Numbered from the stretch's first letter, positions 1 to 13,298 are shown. The stretch: DNA of 64,000 nucleotides from Selaginella moellendorffii (GCF_000143415.4 NW_003314303.1:713467-777466), one strand, 5' to 3'. Notes: a model not told the origin generated them from the letters alone. Translations and numbers: made by a program.

Positions 1-626
1 ACTTGTGGAGACGCGGGCACTGCTCCTCGCTGGCATGCTTCAAGCCCATCACTCCCACAACCCCGGGGGCGTAGGGAGCGAGCATCACATCTAAGAAGGA
101 GAAGCTCGCGCCGCCGAAGAAGGGACCCTCTTGTTCACTCCCCAGCTTCGTCAAGGCCCCCTCGAGAAGCACGCAGTTGGCGATGAATTCCTCGTTTGCG
201 GCATCTTTGTCGTTCCCGTGCACGAAACGCATCAAGCAGTCCAGCAGCTGTACAAGCAAAGGCATGAGATCGAGTAGATTTCTCGAGATTTATAGAACAT
301 ACCTTCTTGTCGATGAAATCGGTCCAGAAGCGGTGCTCTGCGCGGAGGAATGCGTCTTTCGGCAAGAGTGGCGATGTTCCAGGCCAAACCTCGTCGATGT
401 AGTGGACGATGATGGCCGACTCTGCGATGGGCTTGCCCTTGTGGATGAGAACCGGGACCTTCTTGTGCACTGGATTGGACTCGAGTAGGATCTTGCTCTT
501 GTTGCCCAAATCCTGGGGGAGATCTTCGTGCTCGATGCCCTTGAGCAACAGTGCAAGCTTGGCTCGCATCGAGAAGGGGCTGGCCCAAAAGCTGAGCAGT
601 GTTACATCTTGATCACTAGAAGCCAT
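1..626 (-). CDS. Tau-class glutathione S-transferase (type a), 3' end beyond window start; exon1 303-626, intron 248-302
   Basis: MASSDQDVTLLSFWASPFSMR, SNPVHKKVPVLIH, ESAII motifs; GT-AG intron at the tau position after DKK; exon 2 matches 54535-54847 copy. Confidence 0.9.
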
Positions 627-998
627 TGGAAATGGAAATCTAGAAGAAAGATCTGGAAATGCGAGAGGCTGGAGAAAGGTTTGTTGGAGTCGCGCTTTAT
701 ATAGTCCGTGTGATCCACGGGGAGCGAGGGGAGTTCCAGAACATAATTTGTACCTTCGTTAGGCCACGATTGACTGGGAAGAGATATTCGAGAAGATATC
801 TTCGTGAATATCGGTAGAACACTTAAGATTTTAACCCGGTTATTCCCAAGCCCGGGCTGTCCCGAGCTTCTTCACTGTTTGATTTAGAAAGATCCTTAGA
901 ATCCCGGCTTCAAGACAGCAGAAGAATTTGATTTTGTCAACTGAGATCTTGCACTGGTAGATCAAAGCGACCACAGTTTGTTAGACCGAAGCCAAAGA

Positions 999-2470
999 TC
1001 ACGATCGAGTGTCGGTAGAACACAAGTCTGTGAATAGCATCAGGTTATTCCGAGAGCCACCACCCGGCGCCGCTGCCTTTCTCGCCGCGTCCCTGAATTC
1101 CCTCGCTCTCGCCTTTCGAGCTTTGTCGCTGAAGATCCTCGCAATGGCCTCAGCAATCTCCTCCCGCTTCACAAACGCGTCGGAGCTCCTCACGTCCGAA
1201 ACTTCCACCCCAATGCGGCAGCTCTCCGCCATGATCTTGCGGTTGAGCCCCTGCTCGTATATCCGAGGCCAGCAGATGATCGGCACGCCGCTGGAGACGC
1301 TCTCCAGGACCGAGTTCCATCCGCAGTGGCTCACGAATCCAGCCACTGCCCTGTGCGCCAGAACTTCTCTCTGCGGCGCCCATGAAACCGCCAGGCCTCG
1401 TCCCTTGGTCCGCTCGACGAAGTTCTTGTAGAAGTCACTGTTCTTCACCAGGACTGTCGTGTCTGCTTCGTCCACGAACTGGGGCGGCCTGACTGTGAGC
1501 AAGAACGGCACCTTGCTCGCCTCCAAACCGAGCGCGAGCTCCTCGAATTCCTCCTGCGACAGCTTCGCTATGCTGCCGAATGCGACATAGAGGACTGAGT
1601 CTGGCTCCTGCGTGTCGAGCCAGTCGAGGCATTCCCTGTCCTCCTTGAGAAAGCTCAGCACGGACTTCAAGTCGCCGTGATCATCCAGCACCGGGAACAA
1701 GGGACCGATTGGCAGAAACTTGTCGTTGAAAAGCTTCTTCATCGCGTCCACCACCTTGGGCTCCAGCTCGTGGAATGTGTTACACAGGATCCAGGAGGAC
1801 GCCTTGAGTCGCTCGGCTCCAGCACGAAAGTACTCAAGGACGGCTTCCGTGTAGTGCCATGGAAGATCAGACTGCTTGATCGAGTCTATCCCCGGAATGT
1901 AAGTGATTTCTCGGTCCTCGCCATCTGATTTTAAACAAGACAAAGATTTAGAGCTATAAGAGTTGACAAAGACAAACCTTTTATCGGAAGATCGCCTTCC
2001 GAAATAAGCAGTGGGGCGTGGTACTCAACAGCAAACCAAGCCGCACTTCCAGGCCAGTAAACAGCGTATGGAATTCCAAATTCGCTGGCAACTGGAGCAC
2101 ACCATGATCCAGCATAGTGATCAGAGATTATGACGGTAACGCGAGGTCCACTGTCATTCAGAGCTTGGATCAAATTCTTGAACTCGCCGCCGAGATCGTA
2201 AACTGCTCTTGAAAAGCGTATTAGATCAGCTTCTGCAGCAGCGAGAACTCCTTTCGACAAATCCACCGCGGGATGAAGAGGCTCCAGCCTGATATCCAAC
2301 TCCGAAGGAAAATCCCATACCTTGATCTGCTCATGAATGGAAACCACGTTGGCGATGGTAACTGCGCATCCGAGTTCTGCCAGCTTCTTGCCGAGGAACA
2401 CAACTGGCGAAAAGTGCCCCTGAGCAGGATACGGGACGAGTACCACATGTGGTTTGCCTGCAAACATCAT
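999..2470 (-). CDS. Family-1 UDP-glycosyltransferase, apparently intact; intron 1925-1977
   Basis: KPHVVLVPYPAQGH N-terminus and PSPG box WAPQREVLAHRAVAGFVSHCGWNSVLESVSSGVPIICWPRIYEQ; 53-nt GT-AG intron joins the two ORFs in frame (K/DGE). Confidence 0.9.
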
Positions 2471-2605
2471 ATTGTCAATGCAATTTCTCTCGAGTTCTAC
2501 GAAGAAGAAAGAACGAACCTGAAGCGCTATATTTTGGTGGAGTAGGCCAGCTGACACACCGAAGCCCGTTCCTCGCCCTTCCACGTTGGCTTTTTCCGGA
2601 AAGAA

Positions 2606-4729
2606 TCATTCTTCCGTCTCGGGGAAAACGAGAGGACACTTGTCGCAGGTTCTTGTCTTCAGTAACTCTTTGGCAGCCTCATCCAGTAGAAAGCTGAAGA
2701 TCTCCTTCGCAATTAGCACTGCTATTCTCTGTAGCTCCTCCTCTGTGCCTGCCCAGTTTGCCTCTTTACTAACATCTCCCTGGTGAAGGCCTTCGACTGA
2801 CTGCTGCTGGAGGCCTGTGTTATGGCATATCTCACTCCAAACGTCTCGCAGAAGTCCCCGGCTCGAAGGCTTACAAGACTTCCGAGCCAAAATCTCGTTG
2901 ACGACGTCGAAGAGAAACCGGCGATGAGATAAATTGTCAGGATTTCCTTGATAGTCTGCTTCCAGCGTCTGAAAAACTTGAGAAATAGCCACAGACCTTC
3001 GACTGCCACACTCATAAAGGGGCGGATTCTTGGACGCCAAAAGTACCTTAGAAACGTAGACAAGATCTGCTAGACGAGTATCAGCCACAGGTTTCTCTGT
3101 GTTTACTCCCCGATTCGGTGCTTTTAACAATCGACGAGTTTCTGCAAGGACGCCACGTTAATTCAGATAAAAGAAACCTTGTTCATAGGTAGCATTACCT
3201 CCCGAGTGTCTTTTGCGAAGTTCCAAAATAGATACTGGACTTGTCTGCTGCAACGTCTCGCTCGCATTTCCAGTGGCCTGAAAAAATTCGTCATCGAGAG
3301 AAAGACGACCTTGGAAACCATACCTCTACGATTTCAACTTGAGGCGCCAGTCGTGTATCATAATCTTCAGAAAAGGTTCTCTGTTCTAGCGTGTCTCCAG
3401 GCCGGTCTTCGTCCACCAGAGCCTGCTTTCTCGAAAGTTTTATTGGCGTCGTTTGGTATGCTGGTGAAGAAGTCGTAAGATTCGCACTTTCCAAACTTTG
3501 GTGGCAACTGATATATCGTCTCAGCGTCGGAGTGGAAGCGTCTTGGATGTCCAGTGGCGTCCGTTCCGGCGAAGGCAAATGCGAGCTGACGTCTCTGAAA
3601 GCACTCTCCCGAGCCTTCCTGGCGATCTCTTGAGCGATTTCTTTCGCATCCTTGGAGCCATCTCTGAGGCGATGTATAACGAACTCCCTGGCAGATTGCT
3701 GCTGCGTTTTGGTTTCGGTGACAGCGTGCAGTACTTTCTCCCTGGCTGGAGAGTCGGGCTCAAACTCCTCCCTGTGAAATCGCGGTTGCGTTTCAAAGAC
3801 TTTGTTGCTGGTTGTTTCCCCCGAAAATCTGGAGAGTGCGGCTTGTTGATCATCACCTTCTCGTGAAATTGTCTAGTTTCTCTTGTGCTAGCATGTACTG
3901 GTGGAGAACAGGACCCTGTTTCTTGTCTTCCCTTTGCCGGACCAGGCTTCAAAACTACAATCCTCGTCGAACCATTGTCAATAGAGACTTTCTTTCGAGT
4001 TTCAGCACGTTGCCCTTCATGTCCGTTCAACAAGAGATGGAGAAGAGTTGGCGTCTTCAAAGGCTCCTCATTCACAGGCTCCACTGGACTTTCAAACTGG
4101 AGAAAGCTGTCCTTACTCGGCTCGAGAGACCGCATCGCTTCCAAAAGCTGCCGGGATCGGTGCGTAACCCTCGGAGAGTAATTCGGTGTTACCCTCCCGG
4201 AAAGTCTCGCCCAGCACTGACTTTGTGGCTCTTGAAAACTGGCCAGTTTCTTGCGACTGTGTCTCGAGAGTTTGCGCGAGACAGCTTCTATCATCTTTAC
4301 CCTTTCCAACGAACAGCCGTTCCTCTTAAGCATGTCACCCATGTCTCCACCGGCATTGTCTCGAGACCCATAAGTCTTGCCACTACACCGGGTGGTTTTA
4401 CTTTTGCGCACGTTGAAAGAACGCTATGCTTCGCAGCTGGAATCTCAAAGCCAAACTGGAAGATCATATGGAGACACACGACTAGGAAGAAAAAATAAAA
4501 GCAAAAAACACTTACGGGGATCCATCGAGAACTCGGGACTGGACAATCCACGCTATTCCTCGGAGCTTCGACTCCTGGAAGAAAAATCTAAGGGGCTCCA
4601 TCGACACGCAAGACAAATCAATGCCGGTTTGGTATACCTTCTCGATTCCTCCTGCAAGATCGATTGGTGCTCCCCGAATATCGGAGTGCTCATGCCTTGT
4701 ACCAAACGATAATCTACCTCAAGATCCAT
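2606..4729 (-). pseudogene. TRM/LONGIFOLIA-like (VARLMGL and DUF4378-type) gene, multi-exon, probably frameshifted
   Basis: KPPGVVARLMGLETMP, RIVVLKPGP, RRFLFDVVNEIL and IAKEIFSFLLDE motifs; 1-nt indels relative to the 43655-45790 copy; start approximate. Confidence 0.7.
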
Positions 4730-5244
4730 CAATCCCTGACATTCTCGCGTGCGCGCTTACTTTGGAATGGAGAATCCCTCGCCCGGCGCCCGCGAAAGAG
4801 CTCCTCGATCGCGAAGAAAATATAACGAGGAAGACCTAGAAAGAAGAAAACGTACCTTTGGAAGAGCGCAAATTGAAAGCTTCTTACCCGCCGCCATTGT
4901 ACACAACGACATTGACCGCTGGTTAATTCTGGAGACTTTTACCAGATGATCTCGTGAACAGTGTGACGGATATTCTATTAGGGTAGGAAAAAAAGATAAC
5001 TTGATTGTAACCAATTTTTAAGAATTTAACTTGGATAATCAACTAAAGGTTAAATTAGATTTAATTTACCACGCTCCTGTTCATTAACGGTTTCATCTGG
5101 AAATAAACTCACGTGGATAAATTTGTAACAACAAATCCATTTTAATTCAAAGATAAATTGATTTTTTACTGCAATGTCCCCTCTCGCAACATCAGGTAAT
5201 AAATTTCAGAGGGCTATATTTTTTTCACAAAATACTTCTTCAGT

Positions 5245-5400
5245 AAACCTGTCCTGACCACTTTTCTAATGGCAGGATTATGAGTTTTGGCAGCCACTCC
5301 AAGATGTTGAAGGAAGCTCGGGTTGGGGCGTCACGCTTCAGTCTCAATGCTGATGCTGAAATACTCCAATTCTAATCAGATCTTTTATGTGCTCGAAGGT
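5245..5400 (+). pseudogene. 11S-globulin-like cupin gene fragment (truncated in this unit)
   Basis: Translates to ...KMLKEARVGASRFSL...KYSNSNQIFYVLEG; longer versions at 46285-46625 and 57196-57535 add KKGDAIAVPHGTVNWWFN. Confidence 0.6.
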
Positions 5401-5469
5401 AGATGAGCAAGTGTTGGCTCATTAGTTTGTGAGCCAGATTAGTGATTGGGAAGTATTGGGAATTTTGAG

Positions 5470-5940
5470 GTTGTGGATAGTTGGATTATACTGTTGAAAA
5501 ATGGGCGAAATGAGCTTGATTCTCAACCGGTGACAGTTTAGTGACCTCTTATGCACTGTAGTGAGCTCCATCCCAACATGTTTATATCCCTCAGAGTAAC
5601 AGTGATGTTGGTAACTCTCAAGATCTAGAGGCCTTTGATCTTCTCAGCAGCAGTCTTGAACTCCTTGTTGCCAACATAAGGAGAAGCTAAAGGGAAACAA
5701 ATGATAGGGATGATTTTCTTCTTGGAAAGATTTACATTCAATTTCTTGTTAGGTGATAGCATATGCCCAAAAAGTTGTCAGTGATGCAGTGCTCTGGCAT
5801 GCTAATGGCTTGGCCTACATGGTAAAATAAACTTGCATAATGATAAAGTTCACAGCTTTTCATTTTCCTCTTAGTTTGTGTGTTATAACTCCTTCACGCC
5901 AACATTCACTTTATCCACTAAAACTCTGGAAAAGACGAAG
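5470..5940 (-). pseudogene. Class-3 lipase (PLA1-like) fragment
   Basis: PIICFPLASPYVGNKEFKTAAEKIKGL*ILRVTN resembles the FASPRVGN...LRV region of lipase-3; contains stops; boundaries approximate. Confidence 0.55.
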
Positions 5941-6429
5941 ACATTGTTTGCTCTCATTGGCTCTAGCTCTGTGTCCACTCTTGAAGAATTACGCTTAAAA
6001 GGGAAATTAAAATTAAAATCAACATATTTAGAAAAGGAAATATTTATTATATTTTAAAGAAAGTTAATAGAACATCCAAGCATATTTTAGGTATATCCAT
6101 TATTGTTTGCTTAACAAATTATCTTAATCATATACTCTACAAGGTTGAGATTAGTGTAGTATTGAGGAAATAGATAGGATACTTTACTATTAGCTGAATA
6201 TCTTGAGGCTCTACAATGAGTTACACAATACTAATACATATTTGTCTTTTAAGACTAATAGATCACACTAGATGATGATGAAAAGCTGAGCATTTAAAAT
6301 TATTGCCATGGTGCAAGATAAGGCTCTAATACAAAACAACTTATGCAATATGGTCAATTGCTAGTCCACCTTAGCAAAAGTCTCCAGGAAAAACCCAATA
6401 TCCTTGAGATGCGATGCAAATACTTCCAC

Positions 6430-6900
6430 CCTTTCCGATTCTTGAAAGCTGGGATGGGGATTCCATTCCTGGGCTGCAAGGAAAAGGAGTAGGGATCACC
6501 ACACGCTTCAAGTTCCAACCCAAGTGTGACAAGTCTTTGATCATCGTTTCCCCTCCTTTGCAAGACACACCGGTACAGGTGGTGAGTGGTCAATTCCTCT
6601 GGGTCAAGCTTGTCCAGAATCTTGTCTGCATAGTACTGCATAGCTGCAGTAACACAACTATCTTGTAGAGCTTTGCCATGTCTCGCATGAACTCGTCCAC
6701 GCCGGGCCGCTTAGCCAAGCGCTCCAGTGGCACAACTTTCCCGCTGAAGAGCCTGAGCGTTGCCCCTGTCGGGCATGGATGAGGGTGTTGTCCATGTCCA
6801 AAACCAACGTTGGCTTGTTTGGATCCAGAGGTAGCGGTAGAATACATGTAGTAAACTCACCCTTCGTTTTGACCTTGGGCTGTGGCCTTCTTGGATCTGA
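6430..6900 (-). pseudogene. NIF/FCP1-type CTD phosphatase fragment, frameshifted
   Basis: KPTLVLDMDNTLIHA, KRPGVDEF and YADKILDKLDP motifs lie in three different frames. Confidence 0.75.
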
Positions 6901-6996
6901 AAATCCCAACCTCCATGCTCGCGCTTCATTTTCGACAGAACTAGAGGTAAACATCATACTAAGGGCTGGCTTTAGCTATCCAAACATGATGATCGC

Positions 6997-7725
6997 TCAC
7001 TTGCTCACTAAGCGAGCCTGGATAAGCTCTTTGAGCTTCTCGATCTGTGGCAGTGCCACTTTGGCCGAGGGAGGCTCGGTCACAGCCCCGAAGAGTTTGT
7101 GGAGACGCGGGCATTGCTCCTGGCTCGCGGGCTTCAAGCCCATCACTTGCTCAAGCGCTGGGATCCACACCGCAGAGGGTGCCAGCATCACATCCAAGAA
7201 CGACATGCTCGCGCCACCAAAGAAGGGGCCCTCTTCCTCATCGCCCAGCTCCGCCAGAGCTCCCTCGAGAAGCAAACAGTCTTGGATGAACTCCTCGTTC
7301 ACGGCAGCGCCGTTGCTGCGGAAGAATCGGTCCAAGGAGTTGGAAATCTGCGTGATCGATAAGCAAGAAGAGTTATAGCAGCAAATTTCTCGAAGAAATA
7401 CCTTCTTCTCGAAGAAATCAGTCCAGAAGCGGTGCTGTGCGCGGAGGAATGCGTCCTGCGGCAAGAGTGGCGATGTTCCAGGCCAAACCTCGTCGATGTA
7501 GTGGACGATGATGGCCGACTCTGCGATGGGCTTGCCCTTGTGGATGAGAACCGGAACCTTCTTGTGAACTGGATTGGACTCGAGTAGGAGCTTACTCTTG
7601 TTACCCAAATCCTGGGGGAGATCTTCGTGCTCGATGCCCTTGAGCAACAGTGCAAGCTTGACTCGCATGGAAAAGGGGCTGGGCCAAAAGCTGAGCAGTG
7701 TTACATCTTGATCGTGACAAGCCAT
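6997..7725 (-). CDS. Tau-class GST (type b), intact; in-frame intron 7348-7401
   Basis: SPF, SNPVHKKVPVLIH, GPFFGGASMSFLDV motifs; 54-nt GT-AG intron read through by the ORF track. Confidence 0.9.
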   Translation of the reverse strand: MACHDQDVTLLSFWPSPFSMRVKLALLLKGIEHEDLPQDLGNKSKLLLESNPVHKKVPVLIHKGKPIAESAIIVHYIDEVWPGTSPLLPQDAFLRAQHRFWTDFFEKKVFLREICCYNSSCLSITQISNSLDRFFRSNGAAVNEEFIQDCLLLEGALAELGDEEEGPFFGGASMSFLDVMLAPSAVWIPALEQVMGLKPASQEQCPRLHKLFGAVTEPPSAKVALPQIEKLKELIQARLVSK

Positions 7726-8554
7726 AGCTAGATGGAAAATTGAGAAGAAAAGTTAGAAATGCAAATGGACTGAGGTTTAATATAATTGGATGAAGGGTCG
7801 CCTTTTATAACATGTCCCACGCGGCTCTAATTGCCAAGAAGGCAGACGAGAAGGCTGAAGGTAGTGTCCAAATAAGAATTAAACTTCCAGCAATCTATCA
7901 TAATAAGGAGGGAGTGCTGAACTTTCTAGACCATTGGATTTAGCCAATTGCAACCATCAGATGGGGGGTAACTGTAAAAAGGTTATTTCTTTAACCATGT
8001 CTTAGTGAATAATCGTGCTGATGTTTGCTCTTGCCAATGGGAGGCAGCCAAGCTGCATGGGGCGGGAGAGGAAGGCTTTGCAACACATGTTGCATGCAAG
8101 GTGTTGATTGACGAGCAAAGAAAGCACTGTGAAGAATGGGTCACCATTGCTGTTCTTGCTAGGTGATTGCTCGCCAGCTATCCAATGATGGAATAGTGTG
8201 GAGAGCAAGCTGACCGTGATTGCGCTTGTTGCATGTTGAGCGAATTGTTTTTGTTTTGTAATGTTTTTCTAGGGTTTATGACCTTGTTGCTGCTGCCAAT
8301 TCACAATCCAAATCTGAGGTACTGTGTCAATGCCACTGGAACAAACCATGTCCTGGTACTGTTTGTGTCCACACTTTCTTTTAATGTCTTCCATTTTACT
8401 TTCTTTTCTTCTTCTCAAATGCCAAGAGTTCATTCTTTTCCTGATTTGGTTTTTCCAATACTTTGTGGTGTCTTTGCTCCCAAGAACCCCATCGCAAGTT
8501 CTCACTGTTTTTCCCTATCACTTGGCTTTTTTTCATTTTGTTCTTCTTTTCCTA

Positions 8555-9742
8555 GATGAATATTTGAACCAAGAAGCAGAGAATGCAAAGACATTGTCTC
8601 TGCAACAGCACATCATGTCCCCACCATGCTTCCAGAACCCTTTTTTTAACACTGATGTGTTTCCTGAGAGAGCTAGGCAAGGTATGTTGTTATTTTTCAT
8701 TTTTCTTTCATAACTTTGGTATTTTCATACAGGATGTGTCTCCACTTTTGGCTCTTCATTGCATTACCGTGAGGAGTTCCATCAAATCAAGGTATTTGTG
8801 GTGTGTAGAATTTGTATGATCTTCATTCTTACTCCACTGTCAGGAAATAGGATGAGGCAATTTTAGCTATGTTTATAAAGTTCTCAAAAGACTTGACAGC
8901 TGCCTTTAAGCTGTAAAACATTCCAATTGGCATCTGCTAAATGAGGGAGATTGGTTTGTCACTATATTCCAAAGACAATGGTATTGATTTGGCAAATTTT
9001 TCTCTTTGCAGGAGGAAAGCATTGAGAGAAGTTTAGGCACTTTTGTGTCTTGGTGAGTTGGCTTTTTTCTTTCAGTATTACCACTAGCTTCCTCAAAACT
9101 TATCCAACTTCCAGGTTGCCATGAAAATGTAGTGTACTACTTCTCTTCATGGTTCGAGAATGACTTTTTATATATCCAAATGGAGCTGTGTGAGATGAAT
9201 CTATGAGATGAGAGCCTTGCATGGACATTCACAGAGAAGAAGCTGATTGAGGCAATGTTTCAAGTAAGCAGCTCAATTCTGTTCTTTTCTTATGACAGCT
9301 CTTAAACACTTTCAAGCATTTACACTTGCATGGCCTCACTCACCTGGACGTGAAGCTTGACAAGATCTACATCTGCAATCGTGTCTACAAGATTGGCAAC
9401 TTAGGCCTTGCCAGTTGAATCAATGGAACCATTTCCATCGAGGATGGCGACTTGAGATATCTCCCGATGGAGTTCATCAACAATGATCACAGCCACCTTG
9501 ACAAAGTTGACATGTTTTCCCTGGGGGCGACATTCTACGAGCTCACAAGATGCTTGCCACCACCAGCATCTGGAAGGCAATATCAAGCCATCCACCAAGG
9601 AAAGCTTGCTCTTCTTCCTGGATTCTCTCTTGCATTCCAGAGCTTCATCAAGTCTCTGATGCATCCAGCAGCAAAAAATCGCCCCTCAACGGCTCAAGCT
9701 CTCAAAAATGCACTCTTCAAGAAGTCTATCAAGAGTTGCTGA
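8555..9742 (+). pseudogene. WEE1-like protein kinase pseudogene (multi-exon remnant)
   Basis: HENVV..SSWFENDFLYIQMELC, HLDVK, IEDGDLRYLP, DKVDMFSLGATFYEL; in-frame stops and degenerate DFG. Confidence 0.75.
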
Positions 9743-10099
9743 ACTTTCTGGGCTGCTGGATCCAGCCAATTGCAGCCATCTGATGGGGGCATAACTGTAA
9801 AGGGGTTATTTTTTTAACCACGTGTTTGCAAATAATCACACTAATGTTTGCTCCTGGGCAATGGGAGGTGGCCAAGCTGCGTGGGGCGGGAGAGGAAGGT
9901 GCAGCGACGCATGTTGCATGCATGTGTTCTGTAGCAGATCTTGCTGGAGTTCCAGCCCTCCTGCTGGAGCTCACGGAAAAGATCCAGCACCAATCAATGC
10001 AATTTGGGATTGTGGGCAATGCTAGTGATCACTGCTGTCCACGAGATTAGATTTGGATCTGGCATGGCGTGGAAGATCATGATTGCAATTGCAGGGCCA

Positions 10100-11510
10100 A
10101 GATGGCTGAATTGGATGTAGCTCGTGAGGATGGTGTTCCAGAACACTGTGCTACTCTCTCGTGCTAGAGAGGAGTCTTGTGCAAATGCCTATTCAAGGCC
10201 AATGCTGCGATCATGGCATTGTAGCTCAATTTGAGAGAAGATCTGCCACACCTCCACGACATCCACAATCCGGGCATACGCATCGATGATCACTCTGATC
10301 GCACTATGGTCCTAACTCTCCGGCTCAAGCGATCAAACAGCACCCTGGCTTCCTTGATCCTCCCGGACTGAGCGTAAGCCTTACCTAGTCCTCGAGCATG
10401 GAGATTTTGGAGTTGGGTGATGCAAATCGATCAAAGAGGAGCTTGGCCTGCTCAATCCTGCCACCAAATGCAAGACCTGTGACCATGGCATTGATTGTCA
10501 GGGCGTTGCGATGGGGCATCAGACCAAAGAGGAGCTGTGCCTCATCAAGATTGCTGCTCCTCATGTAGCCAGAGATGATTGCATTCCATGCCACCACAAC
10601 ACACCGCAGCATGGAATTGAAGAGTGCACATCTGGCCCCATGTGGCGTGGGTGGAGATCATCAATGTCTACAATACTGTGTCTCGATCAGGCATGGAATC
10701 AAACACTTTTCTAGCATTGCCCACTCAATCACTTGTGAGGTAGGCAGCTAGGGAGTGAGTTCCACACGACCGTGTTGTGCAACTCTATGGAATCAAACAA
10801 AATCTTTGTGTCCATGGCCAGTCCCTACTGTGCATAAGCTCTGATCATTGTGCTCCAGGAGACAGGGTTTCTCTGTGGCATCACGGTGAAGAGAGCTTGA
10901 GCCTCACAGATATGGCCGTGAGAACCCATTGCTGTGATCATCAGGTTGTGTCTCTGAAAGGGATTCTCTAAAATATCATGATTGCATTGTTGATCCTCCC
11001 AGACTCTGCAATCGCACCCAGGAGGCTGTTCCACGAGCAGCAGTCCCACTCGGGCATCTCAAAGAAAACAATGGCCATTTGCCCATTCGTGGCATTTGCC
11101 ATATTCATAGAGTTCCAAGAGGCTATAGTTCGTAATGGCATAGAATCAAATAGATCCTTCACATTTTCTAAATCATTTCTTGATGCCAAAACTGATATCA
11201 TTGTTGTATATGACAAAACATCTCACTCTGGCATCTCATTGAAGAGGGCACTAGCTTCCTCCAGATGCCAGTTTTGGGCATAGCACAAAAGCATCATGTT
11301 CCAGCAGATGACGTCTCTATGTGCCAGTGCAAGAAAAACAGTTTTCATTTTATCAACCATTCTGCAATCTGCATAGGCAGTGATCATTGTTATCCATGAC
11401 ACGAGACTATAGAAAAGCATCCCATCAAACAATCACCATGCCTCCAACAGATCCCCAGCCACGGCAATTGCTGCAATAGCAACATTCCAGCTGATAAGAT
11501 TCTTCACTAG
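10100..11510 (-). pseudogene. Pentatricopeptide-repeat gene remnant
   Basis: Repeated FDxMPxRxVVSWNxMIxAYAQ-type units broken by stops and frameshifts; boundaries approximate. Confidence 0.8.
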
Positions 11511-12565
11511 GTTTTTTTGAAACACCTGCCTAGCCTCAAATAATCATGAATAATGATGTTAATGTTTGCTCTTAGCCAATAGGAGGTGGCCAATTGATCA
11601 GCATTAACATTCAACTTTTTGTAGTGGAAATTTGCTGTGTTATTTAAATTTATAATTCTTTCTATTGAATTTGATAATTTTCTATAAAAAAACATATGCA
11701 TATAGTTATTTTTCCAATTCTTCTTTCAAAATGGAATATAATATATGTTATTTTAATACTAATTTAATTTAATTTTTAATGTAATAGAACTATGATAATC
11801 AAAATAATGTTTGCTAACTGGGCAACATATTTATATTTATGAAACCTACGTGACACAACATTTGACCTTTCTGCTGGAGCATTCTTACGTCTGTGAGTTT
11901 TAAGCAATGACTAGTGGGAAATAATACTGTTTTTTTTTTCTTTTTTGGGAAACAAAATTTGGTAGCATGACATTTATCTGATGATCTCACCCAAAAGATT
12001 GATATCCCAATCAACTGTCACCCAATGTCTCGCTTCACCTAAGTGCTTACAACAATGTTTCTACTATTGGTCTCTCTTTTTTTGGCAAACCAAAGTATGT
12101 TCCACAAACCATGAACATTGGAAGCGATTGCAATACTTGTCCTATTGCTCTCATTTGTGTGTGCATTTGAAGGTCTGCCATTTTGTGCTCTTCAGAACAT
12201 CTCTAGAGAGATCACAGATTGGGCGATGACCATTTGCCAAGTTTCAAATCAAAGAAAAACACTAAATAAAAAGTGCACCAAATCTAAGATGTTTGCCTTC
12301 AAGAGATGGCTAACCTTGGTTGTCTCCACACAAGCTGTGGGATAGATCATATCAAGGATTTGGCACTCTGGAGAGAAAGCGTCCCTTCTTGTTGATGAAA
12401 TTGGTCCAAAATGGTGCCATGCACGGAGGAATGCATCCTGTGGCAAGAGTGGGCTTGTTTCGTATGTGAATTACCGAGAAGGCAGACGGACTTAGAGATA
12501 CGTAATGTACTCTACCACATAAAAGAATATTCTAATAAAATTAAGCATATTCTTTTTTCTCTCAA

Positions 12566-13298
12566 TCACTTTCCTCTGTACACCATGGAGCGAGCCACGA
12601 GAAACTCTTTGAGCGCCTCGACTGTGGGCAGCACGAGCTTGGCAGCGGGATGCGCAAGCACGGCCTGGAAGAAGTTGTGGAGACACGGGCACTGCTCCTG
12701 GCTCGCGGGCTTCAAGCCCATCACTCCCACAACCCCGGGGGCATAGGGAGCGAGCATCACATCTAAGAAGGAGAAGCTCGCGCCGCCCAAGAAGGGACCC
12801 TCTTGTGCACTTCCCAGCTTCGTCAAGGCCCCCTCGAGAAGCACGCAGTTGGCGATGAATTCCTCGTTTGCGGCATCTTTGTCGTTCCCGCGCACGAAAC
12901 GCATCAAGCAGTCCAGCAGCTGTACAAGCAAAGGCGTGAGATTGAGTAGATTTCTCGAGATTTATAGAACATACCTTCTTGTCGATGAAATCGGTCCAGA
13001 AGTGGTGCTCTGCGCGGAGGAATGCGTCTTTTGGCAAGAGTGGCGATGTTCCAGGCCAAACCTCATCGATGTAGTGGATGATGATGGCCGACTCTGTGAT
13101 GGGCTTGCCCTTGTGGATGAGAACCGGGACCTTCTTGTGAACTGGATTGGACTCAAGTAGGATCTTGCTCTTGTTGCCCAAATCCTGGGGGAGATCTTCG
13201 TGCTCGATGCCCTTGAGCACCAGTGCAAGCTTGGCTCACATCGAGAAGGGGCTGGGCCAAAAGGTGAGCAGTGTTACATCTTGATCACTAGAAGCCAT
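12566..13298 (-). pseudogene. Chimeric tau GST (type-a 5' part, type-c 3' part) with premature stop
   Basis: ATG 13298 gives MASSDQDVTLLTFWPSPFSM* (TGA at 13236-13238); C-terminus VLAHPAAKLVLPTVEALKEFLVARS matches type c at 53623. Confidence 0.8.
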
